This document shows, in pieces, positions 12,486-23,795 of a stretch of 64,000 bases of DNA. A program made the translations under genes and the position numbers. Source of the stretch: Entomortierella parvispora E1425 (Eukaryota > Fungi > Mortierellomycota); contig BQFW01000004.1 of the NCBI GenBank assembly GCA_020891255.1, positions 1,240,001 to 1,304,000 of the forward strand. The letters are read 5' to 3'. The stretch's first letter is position 1, and every line of letters starts with the position of its first letter. The notes under the pieces were generated by a model that did not search any database, had not been told where the DNA came from, and saw only the letters and a list, made by a program, of their open reading frames with translations.

Positions 12486-13849
12486 GTTTAAGCGCTTTAC
12501 CTCACGCTGACTTCTTTCCATCCATCATCCTTTCTACCAGATGTTCTGCAAATGACCTGCGTCGATCACATGGAAGCCAGATGGCGACCAACTATCCTGT
12601 GCCAGCGAGATGATTGACCTATGTCGACCAGATGACGGCCAGCCCTCAGCCAGATGTCCTGTTGTAATAAAACAATGAGAGGGGACAAGGACAAGGGCAA
12701 CTAATAAGGTAACTAAAACGCCTTTCGCTGCCTTTCATCTCTACTCGATACCAGCCAGATAGCTTGCCCTGTCTAATTGTCAGGCACCAGGTGGTCAAAT
12801 ACTGTAATCTTTTCTGATGACCTTTTTCTTTTTGTAATGGTTCTTTTTCAATTGATAGGCAATGCCTCTGTCATTTACAAAGCTTCCATCGTTTATCAAC
12901 ATTTCCTCACTGGACATGAAAAATTCGACTTGAAGAGATAAGGATAGGAGTATGGAACTACCGCTTTTTTTTCTACTACTTATCACTTCCGTCTATTACT
13001 TGGTGGCGCTAGAGGTACTGTAAGTAGGGGCAAGGACGGGGGCACAGGAAGAAGGCAGAGGATGCGAATTATCAAAGGAAACGTAGTGGCTATTAAACTC
13101 GCCTTGATTCAAGGCTGGCATGCATTCGCCTTACTGTTGGTAGTAGAGCCACCAAAAGTGGGGCATTGTGCGGTATCCAATAATCTCCGCTTCGCATCAT
13201 GTAGGTAAGTAACATGAAAGTGCCAGTAACCAAATGCCAAAGCAAATGTTACAAGAGAGGTTGATTCTACTCATCGACAATATGAAATAAATCACAGTAT
13301 AAATTTGAACAAGTATAATGTGGTGCCACGAAGACCCGTGGCGTGACCCACGGGCACATGGCTACGCGTTAAATGTTTGCTTAAAATTAAAAAACTATAA
13401 TAGCTGATTAGTCTAGGTTTATTAATAATATAATAATGATAAAATGAAGCCTTCAATAAAATATTATCGAAAATCAGATGCCATCGTCTTGATTGGGTGC
13501 CGCGGCGAAGCTGCGGGTGCCGCTAGTGTGTTTCAGAAAACCGAGAACAGAGAATCCGTCGCGCTTGCCGTTGAACGGTGTTGGATGAGGGAATTTGAAT
13601 GACGGTGTCGCGGAGTCCATGTTGGGTGAATTGTCGAGGAAGAGTTGATCGAAGAGGGATACGAGGGGGTCCAGGGTGTGAGTGTGTCGGAGGGTCAGTG
13701 GGTCAGTGAGGTCAGTGGATCGAAAACCTTTGCTACCATGCAATAGGAGTATCGAGGGTGGAGTGGAGACAAGAAGTGAGTTTTATTATATTGCAAGTTT
13801 CTAGCTTTTGTAGGTACACATCGCGTGATGTCACCGTATTCCTGTTACA
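10748..13849 (-). mobile_element. Truncated B-family element (5' LTR 13739-13849, PBS, gag start) split by the Helitron and cut by element B
   Basis: 13527-13738 and 10748-10797 match the gag 5' region at 10375-10636. Confidence 0.85.
10798..13526 (+). mobile_element. Non-autonomous Helitron (2729 bp) inserted into gag of a second B-family element
   Basis: 5' TC; 3' hairpin CCGCGGC-GAA-GCTGCGG (13500-13516) then CTAG; sits between A and T with no TSD; flanks GGTCA|TGTGTTTCAG rebuild gag B (compare 10425-10440). Confidence 0.85.
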
Positions 13850-15187
13850 GGTTCAGAATCATGAGAAGCTTTATTTGAGTTAATTAGCTTTGGAGTGCTG
13901 GTTCCCCCTCCGCCACTGATGTGACAAAGAGGTTCAGCTTCGGCAGCTAAGGTCCGGACCGACCTTAGTTGCCGGGAGCATTTCCCGAAGGGGAGCCGCC
14001 CTCGTTAGAAGATGTCATGTTGTTAACAGATACAGGTCCAGGACAAGACGTGGCGTAGTGACCGGCATTGATCTTGCGGCAGCGGAAGCAACCGTTGTTC
14101 TTGATGAGATATTGTTTATCTTCAGGTGTCAGTCTTTTCAGAGAAGAGTCTTGGTGGTGGCCGGAGCGAGATCGGTTGTTATTTCTAGAGAGGTTATTGA
14201 CCTGGATAGATAGGTTGTTGATAGTCTTCACAAGTGCAGCAACGGTGATGTTATCAATATCCATTGCCATGCTGGCGTCCTTAATAGCGTTAGCACTAGC
14301 TGCAGTGTAGTCGAGTCCTGCAGAGGAAGACGAAGAAGGGGGGCGAACTTTGTACTCGTAGATCTGGTCGAACTGCTCGGCTACGCTGCACAGATCTTGG
14401 ATAGTGCACTTGGGATTGTTGAGCTTGTAAGTCAGGAGAACCTGTCGGAGATCTTTGGGGGCACCCTTCAAGAAGCACGAAGTGGCGGCCTGTTCAAGGG
14501 TGAGACGAGAGTCGGGGCTCATGTCGTGGGGACAAAGGAATGACATGTACTTGCGGGTGCGTTCCACGTAGTCCGATACCGTAGAGGTCATCTTGATATC
14601 GAATAACATGTTGCGCACTTGGTCAATAAAGCCAGCCGGCTGGAATGCAGCGCGGAAAGCCTTGACAAAATCGTCCCAAGGGGCCTCGTCGGAGAGGGCA
14701 TTGCCCTCCCACCACAAGGTGGCGTCGTCGGTGAGGAAGATGGGTGCATGCAAGGTGCGTTCGTGGTCGGGGATGCGGGCGCCTTTGAAGAAGCGAGTGA
14801 TCGCAGTGAGCCAGATCTCGCATTTGAAGCCATCACGTTCGCCCTTGTAGTGTTCGGGCTGGGGGAAGCGGAATGTGGCCGCTGAAAAGAGGTTGGCAAC
14901 CGGGGTGGTGGTCGCAGGAGGGTTGTTTGGGACAGTCATTGAAAGGCCGTGGAAAAGGTCGATGAGGTTGTCGATGGAATCGAGGGTGTTGTTGGAGTCA
15001 GGGTAGCAAGGTTCAAGGGTCAGGGGTCAGGGGTCAGAGGTCGGGGGATCGAGGTTCCTTTGCTACCATGCAATAGGAGTACTGGGAACAGAGAGGAGAC
15101 AAGAAGTGATGTTTATTCAAGTGCTAGCAACTAACTTATATAGGCGAGGATCGCGTGAGGTCACCGTATTACTGTCCTACTGTTACA
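13850..15187 (-). mobile_element. Related Ty3/Gypsy element C: 119-bp 5' LTR (15069-15187), PBS and intact gag (13965-14939); pol lost
   Basis: LTR similar to LTR-B; PBS TGGTAGCAAAGG; gag with CFRCRKINAGHYATSC knuckle. Confidence 0.9.
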
Positions 15188-15452
15188 CCAGACCTACCGT
15201 TCTGTCGATCATCACTGTTCTCTCGTCACAACAACACTTTATTCTTACCTCTCGGTCCTACCTGACAAGATCTTTTTCTGGCCAACAAAGCTCCCTTTGG
15301 TCGCTTCTTTCCTGTCCCTGGTCCTTTCTGTCCTCGTTATCCAACAACTTGGCCTCCGCCCCTTACGAGGTATAACAATGTCTTGTCTCTTCTGAGTGGA
15401 CTTGTATGATCATGACAACCCGATCCTGAGGCCTTCACTGGTGCTTGGGGAA
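15188..15452. repeat. Diverged LTR-A-like relic
   Basis: CTTACGAGGTA..ACAATGTCTTGTCTCTT..GAGTGGACTTGTA..CCTGAGGCCTT..CTGGTGCTTGGG shared with 9100-9215. Confidence 0.7.
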
Positions 15453-15542
15453 TGTTTGCTACTACGGAGACGTGGATCTCTGACAAGGACACTACATTTA
15501 TATTTATTATCTGTAGACTGCAGATATGTACTACTGCCATTT

Positions 15543-18500
15543 CTAAAGAACCGGAGCATGGCTGGCGACATGTTCGGCAACTACTTTCTCTGCTCCAAGC
15601 TGGTGTACCGCAAATGCCATCCAGAGTGAAGGGCTTCCACTGAAGTGACCTCCGTCTTCAATTCTGAGAAGCAGCGGTGTCTCTTCCTTATTTGCACATA
15701 TGTTGTTTCTGGCGTGGCGCTCAACCTTATCCAAAACTATCTGGTCGACGAAGATAGGCCGAGTGTCTGCAGTTGGCACATGGCACACATTCATCTTCCC
15801 TTCCACAGATCTTAGCTTTGCGACATACTTCAGTGGTTCTGCATAGCTGACGCGGCTGTCGGTGAGGCCCCCCATGATCATCATTGCTGGATATGGCTGG
15901 TTTCGGATGCAGTCATACGGTGAGTACTGCTTCATGACCTCAAACACTTCACGACTGTGCAGCGGAGAGCCCCATTCATTCCACTCATATTCAACCCACG
16001 GGATATCTGGATCAGCCATGTCCGTAATCACATCCATAAATGGTACTTGGGCAAGCACAACCTTCACCATCTCCTTGACAATATTGTAATTCCCATAAGC
16101 CCCCTGGTTCACAACGGGATCATGCGCTGGGCTGTTGCCCCATCGGTTTGCCATCCACCCTGAAACTAGTCCTCCTGCACTTCGACCTTGGATAACTACA
16201 GACTCGGGAAGTATCATGCCTGAGTCACGAAGGTATTTTAAAACATCTTCAACGTCGTAGAATGTATTCCGTTTATGAAGTATTTTGCCGCCTTCGTACC
16301 AAGATGGACCAAGGACGCCGTCGCCCCTTGGATGCACCATGACATATATTAAGCCTCGATGAAGTAGAGGCAGCACCGCAGTTGGATCGAAGGATGGAAC
16401 TGTCAAGGTACCGTAAGCACCATAAGATGTTACAAAGGCGCCAGGCCGCGGAAAATCAGGACCCACTGAGCCTGAGCCTGGTACTGAGCTTCGATGTGAA
16501 GAATAGTACACAACAGAAATTGGAATTCCCGATAGCGCGCCATGTGTCGAAGGGACCATGATCCGACGTTCTGTAAACTTAGCCATCTCGTTCTCTTGCT
16601 CCTTTTTTTTGTCTTTATACGTCGCGAGAAACTCTGCCTGCCACTTGCTTTCTGACTGCATCTCTATCGTTGGTGGTTTCCCATATTGAATGCCAATTGG
16701 GAACGGGTCCTGGTGAACCAATCGCGTCACGTCTTCGAGTTGAATCCGGCCTGAGTGTTGAGAGGATTCCATGTGCTGCACTTCTGAGACGAGCGATAGT
16801 AAATGCATGTCAAGTTCATAGATTGCCCAGGGGTGTACAAAAGATGAGTTCGAGTAACGTAGTCGTGTCGTAAAAAATTCTCGCATGAGCCGTTGTTCCT
16901 CGTAACGGATGTTAGATGGCATTACAGCTGCAATCTTGAAGTCAGGGTGATAAGGACGGACTCTACGGAGTTCCTTGAGTGAGACCATGTTGTTCATTTT
17001 TGATTTGTCAGTGGAGCCAGACTCAGGGGCAAGGAACACGCGAAATTCTTGCAGGCCCTCACGCCAGATCCAGGCCACAAAGTGCTGAACAAACACTTCA
17101 AACCTCTCCAAGTACTCGTCCTCGACATGATCAACTACAGTGTCGTCGATGCGCGAAGCTAGGAAGCGTGCATCATGCCTGTCGCCGGCTCCAGTTTCCA
17201 GTTTTGATTTTGTCGCTGTTGGGAATGTAACAGTTCGTTGCCTCATGGCTCCGATAGCAAGTCTTTCGCAACAGTCCTCAGCGTCGTGTTTCTGCGCGAA
17301 GTAAAACTGTACTGGAATTCTAATGACTTTGAAGTTGTAGGCTTCAGCAAGATTGGTACGTAGATAAAAGTAGCCACCGTGATGTTCTACTTTGTAAATG
17401 ACATCCTCCTCCCCCTGACGAATGAGATGCCAGCCCTGCTCTTGATAGTCAACACTTAAAAAATAGCTATGGCTGGAGGTTTGACCCGTACTCTACGAAG
17501 TAAGTGGTATTAGAAATATCATACATTTCTGGTCCAAACGGATACATGCGCTATACTGTATATTACCTCAATAATGACAAATCGTTGATCATTTGTAAGG
17601 AAGAGAGACAATACGTATCTCTCGTCGTTCTCTCGCATGACCAGCTCAGATTTGGGCTCGTGGTGAGGTGTATTCTGCTTTCCATCAATGTTATAAGATG
17701 AGGTCCCAGCCTGGTCATATTTAAGCGAGCTATGAGAGTGGCAGCTTTCGACCTTCACTCGCCAGACCTCGCGTTGCAATCCCTTGCGATCCAGTTTAGT
17801 GTAGTACAGGTATAGAGATGACCCGAGCCTTACCCACCGCGTTTCAGGGCCAGCGTCCTTGATATCCCAAGTTTCATAACTGCAGTATCTGCTGCCTTGG
17901 TGAGCATCTTCATTCTCGCCCTGATGAAGCACGGCAGACAGTGAAGGTGTGCAGCCGGTGTACTGCAAGGTTTTCGATTCGTTCAATAGCTCGGAAGATT
18001 GAAATCCATTGGTAAGTCCAAAGTCTAGATTCGGATTGTTGTATATCTTGCTAAAGCCTGATTTTGATGCCTTACACGGTATTGTGGTTATTCGGATGTG
18101 ATAACGTTCATTGCCTGTGACGTCGTAGCTATACGCTACCAGGCGAGGCCTGCATTTTCCATCTTTGTTACCAAAAGTACCATTGATATTCGCCGATCGG
18201 AATACCGTGCGATAAGGCTGAACCTCAATAGCTCCAAAAGAAAATAGTCCATTTGTCTGTGTTTTCTTCACTTTCTCTGCAAGGCGATTAACATCCAATA
18301 CAATTTCGACCTTGGATTGAGGTTTGCACCGAATGTTGGCTTTGGAGATTTGTTCGTCGTCATAATGTTCTTCTAGTGGTTGATCCGGCAAATAGCTTCT
18401 TCGTTTCGATTCTTGTATTTTGTTCTCACCATCCTGTAAGTCGTCAACATCAAGTGGCGGGCCCATAAGTGGCGACAATGCCATGTACTGTTGTTGCAAA

Positions 18501-19063
18501 GTGTCCATTTTTGCAAAATACTCCGACTCAGTCTGGAAAGAGTCAGCTGTGGCCATTAACAATGATCGTCTCTTGTAAACACCATATTCCCCCACAGATG
18601 TGTCTAGCCAATACCGCCATCGATCCAAGTCCCAGAATTCAGATGTCTCGAGACACTCTTTTTTCATGCCCCATGGGGGATTACCGCTATCTTCATCAGT
18701 GGCGAAAGCTGAGGAGCAGCGCAGATGATCAATGCTTCTTTGAATTTGTCGCATCTCCCATTCAAGTTGATTTTGCAAAGATGCAACTCCGTTCTGTTCT
18801 ATCCACTGATTTGTATAGTCCGTCTCTTCTTGGATGTACGCAGCCACATCTGGATCTTGACCTAGCTGGTGCATCCAGTGATAATTGTCAATCAGAGTCT
18901 CGTTATGGAGAGTAAGCGGACGCGGTATCCTTTTAGCTTTTGATGGAAGAGTTGGCTGAGGCGACTTGGTTATGGGAGAGTCGACTATGTGTTGCGAGAG
19001 CGAAGGCGATCCAGGGAAAGCAGGCGAGTCAACTGCAGACTTGAAGCTATCATATGATTCCAC
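15543..19063 (-). CDS. Oligopeptidase B / prolyl oligopeptidase family S9A protein (at least one intron near 17490-17565)
   Basis: N-terminal DNYHWM..DPDVAAYIQEE; catalytic GRSAGG; VPFMDV; DSRV; GGH. Confidence 0.9.
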
Positions 19064-20511
19064 TAGTGCAACATCTGTTAAGAGATAGCCCTATTTTTCG
19101 AGATAGCGACCACGAGGGTAGACATCGACGTTTACCCACCTTCTCCGTTGGGAAGTCCTGGAGAGAGCCTGGGCATTGCTGCAACGTAAACAAGGAGAAC
19201 CAAGTAGACCGCCAGGTTGATTGGAAAGGTTCGTGTTCGTGTTCGGGGGAGATATAGAGTTCGTGAGAATGCGCTGTAATAGGTTCTGGCTACTTTAGGG
19301 GTATATCGAATTTAGTTGAGTGTGCTCACAAGTTGAGTGTGGCATGTTACCTTAAATTCATCGGCACAGGTTGGTGGCGCATCCAATTACCTTAAATAAA
19401 ATGGATACGTCACCGAATCCATTTGAGGCCCATTCAGCGAAAAGCGCCACCAATCCGTCCCTTTTTTTTTTCCCCCTCTGCAGGATCGCGATGAACCTCT
19501 GTCTTTGTTCTCTCTCTCCTTCTCTTTCTCTTTCTCTTCATCTGCCCTAGTATTTATGTTCACATAACCTTCACATCCTCGAAGTCATCTCTTGTGATGC
19601 AACCATTCTACTTTAGCGACACGTCCAACAAAGGCCCCCGAGGTGCAGAACACGTCTCATTTCATTCACATTTGGCAACACTCCAATTCTGTTGTCCCAC
19701 CGGTGCAGTTGATATGGTCGGTTCCTCCTTGTAACTGTGTTAGATCACAAGTTCTAACTTGAGAGTCGTCACCATGGCCTAGCTTCGAGGGGACTTCGAG
19801 GCATAGACGGTCTCAGCGTTATCAGCTTCAACAAGCTTGGCGTACAAACACTTGCAAGGGTTTATGAAGTGGGTGGATATCGTGTCACTAAACATTCTAG
19901 AAGAGGTCGACTATTTAAATTACGAGATGGGGAGAGTGTCAATGCCTTCGTGTGTTATGTTAGCAAAAGAAGTGACAACAAGATCAAAGAGAGCGACTCT
20001 GTACAGTACATGTCACGAACGGTCGAACTGCCAAATATGGGACACGACGGTCTTTCCCAGCCCGTCGTGTAACATCAGATGTACCTGTTGTCACGGCCAA
20101 GAGCCCAGATCAGACTTCGACTCGACACACTTTCCTAGTATCATGACCCCCGATATAGTTGACATGAACTATAGAACATCAAGACCATGGAGCCCAAGGT
20201 CCAGCCCACTCTGTGTCAGCTTCAGCCTCCGTACCAGACCAGTCCCCACTTTGGTGTCCTCCTCAACTCATGATAAATAGCTAGGCCCTGTACTTCTCAG
20301 TCTCCAATTCACAATAAACCATATCTTTCCTCTCAGTGACAGTACACAGCCGCTGAGAGATCCCATTGTGTGTCTTCCCCTTTCCCTAACAACGTGTGAA
20401 CTGCCCTTCACCCTCTGAGCTGCATCAGATCCCCAATCGTTTGTAGCTATACCGCGCCGTTAATATCGTTCTCCACCCGAGGTAGCGCGGACTGCACTGT
20501 CGTCTGACAAC

Positions 20512-21141
20512 TCAGTTGGAATAGGCTAAGGCGACGGTCAGTGAAGTGAGCAAGGGGAATAAACGATTGAAAAGCATAGTAGATCTATGTGACCATGTTG
20601 TAGGCGAATTTGATACTGCAAAGTCAATGTTGGTAAAGTCAGGGTTGGCAAAATTAGAGGTTGAGGTACAAAACTGTAGGATCGCAGACGCGCTTTTATT
20701 GTACCAATCCTCGCGAGAATCGATCTCGTCGCTGAGCTTGTTCAAAACTTGTGCAGCTCCGTGAAAATACTCCTTCCTTTACGAGAGGTCCAATTGAGCA
20801 AACGAGTAACGGCCTCGGCGACCCCGACAGTTCTGAACTTGGAGGCACATTGTCGCTGGCTTTGTGTCCAATGCGCGTCAGTGGTCCATCCACATTCAAC
20901 CGCGATTGAAAGCCTGGTTACCACAAGGATTTCAGCCAAAGAGCTTGCTGCAAACATGGTACTATTTACGAATCTACGCGCTTCCACGCACTTGAAGTGC
21001 TGGACATCTTCACTACAAAAAAAAGGGAAAAAGAGCGAGGTATCGAACCTGGGTGCACAAGAGAGAGAAAAAAAAGGAGTCGCTCTACCCAAACTTGCAA
21101 AACCACCACTGATTATTGAAATCCTCAAAATTGAGCACCAT
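20512..21141 (-). CDS. Putative unknown spliced gene inside the MULE
   Basis: ATG at 21141 plus a plausible GT-AG intron gives MVLNFEDFNNQWWFCKFGEDVQHFK...; continues into ORF 20512-20745 across an apparent frameshift. Confidence 0.35.
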
Positions 21142-21252
21142 GTTATATCACTTGCATGACCACGTGACGCGAGTCTACTTTGCTTGCAGCACTGACAGCG
21201 AGAAGATTTACCGCCTCTTGACCCCCACCCCCATCCTTGAAGCGACCCAGCA

Positions 21253-22451
21253 ATGACACCCCATCGACAAAAGAGGATTATGAAGCCTAGCAGGAAGCTG
21301 GAGATTAAACCGAACGCCTCATCGCATGAAAGGCGCGAATACTACGCCAAGGTATTCATGGACCCACCAAATGCAATGCAGCTCATGGATGGCAATTCAG
21401 GACAAGGTAGGGGAGCTTTAGCTATAGAAGTCCTTGATGTTTGCCCAGTCTACTCTCTCTCACAAGCTTGCCGAATCTTCCATTTGTAGATCTGCATAAA
21501 GTCGGAAGAATAACATCAGATGCTGCAGCTAGCCATGTTTTTCGCCTTTTTCAATTCAATGCAAATTGCACCAATCGCGAGAATATTTTCAGAGCTGTCC
21601 TTTTTCTCTACAAAAATCTCCGCGAACTTTCTCAGTTGCAGGACGAGGATTTTTATTTCTCTCACAGTAGAGATGGAGCAGGATTCAGGGATTTGGCGAT
21701 GAGACTTGCTGGGGCGGAACCGATACTGGCTGGCGTTACTGCAAGAGCGCTATTTCCTCTATATGAGCGTCTTGTGCAAGAACGAATAGGCCTGAGTCAA
21801 CATATTCTGTCTTCTGGGGATGCATGGGTCGACACACGAATGTCAGCAATGGTGCAGGAGATCGTGAAAATTGACGAGGAAATCAGACGCAGGGACGATC
21901 GGCAAAGGATCGCCAAAGGCGTGGAACCAAGAGATAAGATGTATATTCCTATAGGGAGGTCCCCGCCGTCACTATCAGAACCAACAACCCAGACCATGTC
22001 GAACGGCAATCATCCTAGGCATTGCTCTTTGGAAAGGGACAGACAATCGCTCTCAGCCTCAACACGAGCCGACCCATGTCAGACCGAACTCCCGTCAAAA
22101 GTCCCAATGGCTGCTACAGAGTGCCCGCAGAGAACATATTCTTCAGCTGCTGACTATGTGGAAAACCTGAAGATTGAAGCCTTTTGGAACGGATTAGGTC
22201 ATAATTATTGCACATGCCAAGTTTGTGCCCTCTCGAGCAGCATTGTCAGCGGCGTCAACATCATCTTCAGCGACTTAGCAGCCCTCGTGAACGTCGTTCA
22301 TCCCAGAGCGCACGAGTCCCCAGAGTCAGAAAGCAAACGCCGAAAGTTCGAACCTCTGCCCAAAAGCAGCGCGCAGGAATCACAGTCTCTCTGTTCCCGA
22401 GACTCAGAGCACGTTTTTGATGTAGTGGCTGAATCAGGATTAAAAACTTGA
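21253..22451 (+). CDS. Unknown protein inside the MULE (about 370 aa, one intron), possibly Myb/SANT-like
   Basis: Phase-1 intron (near 21407-21489) joins MTPHRQ...SGQ to the long ORF; helical LYERLVQER..SSG..MVQEIVKIDEE segment; CACGTG about 90 bp upstream. Confidence 0.55.
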
Positions 22452-22687
22452 TTTTTTTTGTGCCCTGTTCTCCTTCATGGCTCCCTATCCACTTTTTCGT
22501 GCTACTCTATAACCGTATCCACTATTTTTTTGTTCATCGACGTTTTTGCGATAAGAGATTTGATGGGGCGTGGGAATGGGGTCGTTTTTGATTGTCGTAT
22601 GACTAGTGCGGTCACCATCGTTTTTCAGCTTCAGAATTCACACTTTCTTTCAATCCCTACCAAAACCTCTCCCCCCCCACTACCCCC

Positions 22688-23758
22688 ATGCCCTCCACCG
22701 TCGATAAAGACTTCAGTCTATCTCTTAGTGTTGCTCGCCTACTCTCCTTGGATGGAAGACCTCGCCTTGAGAGTTCAGTCGTAAGGATGGTGAATGATAT
22801 TCTAGCCGTCAATTCGACACGACCTCTCGAGCGCGTCAACTCCGCTTCAGTCCCTGCCTCGGAGCGCGCCAACTCCGCCTCGATCCCTGCCTCGGAGCGC
22901 GCGAATTCGCCTCCCCAAAGGCCGAGCTCGCCTCCTCAAAGGCAGAGCTCTCTTTCTCAAAGAAGTAGTGCATCACCCCAAAGGCGGAGTTCGTCTCCTG
23001 CCGCCGCCCACCGTATCGGCTCGTCCTCGCATCACTCCTTGGGGACAGCCGCCAAACGACCAGACCTTGGAAGCTTGAACGAGGGCCCAACATCTCAAAA
23101 ATCAAGGCATCAAGTCTCCCTCGTGGTCGATTTCTTCGAACGAGGCGCTTTTCTCTGATGACGACGACTGGCAAGTTATTAGCCAAGAGAAAGGTGTGAT
23201 CGTCATCAGCGATGACTCCAGGTAAGTCTGATGAAAACTCTGCTACGCTAGCTGATCATTTTTTCGCTGCCCTTTATTCTTATTCTATTCATCCTTTCCA
23301 CTGCTTGATAAGTGATGATGACGGCCAAGGGTAAGTCGTAAAATGCAAGGCCAGACTTCAGAAACGTTTCTGACTTGTGTTTGCACATCCACTATACTAT
23401 ATATTTGCATTGATGTAGCTCTATGCCTCCTAGAGTCAGCTATGCTGACGCTTTGAAGCGGTCCACAGTACTTGCATCTCGGTAAGGGTTAGCTGTGGAA
23501 CGACGAGTTTGTACAATAGAACTGACCTTTAATGCTGGCTCCAACATTTTCTGTCCTTTTCTCTATTGCTTGCTCTCACCGTTACCCTGACCACAGCCCA
23601 GCATCCTTGTTCCCAAATGACTCTAATGTCAGTTCATCTGGCAATCAAGGAAAGGCGATTTCAGTCGCCACTGAAGCTGCGCCTTGTACTGAGTAAGTAA
23701 AAGCAGCAGGTAAAGTTGTAATAGATAATGGGATCTTGGACCTGACTCCCTGTCTCTT

Positions 23759-23795
<37 letters not shown>

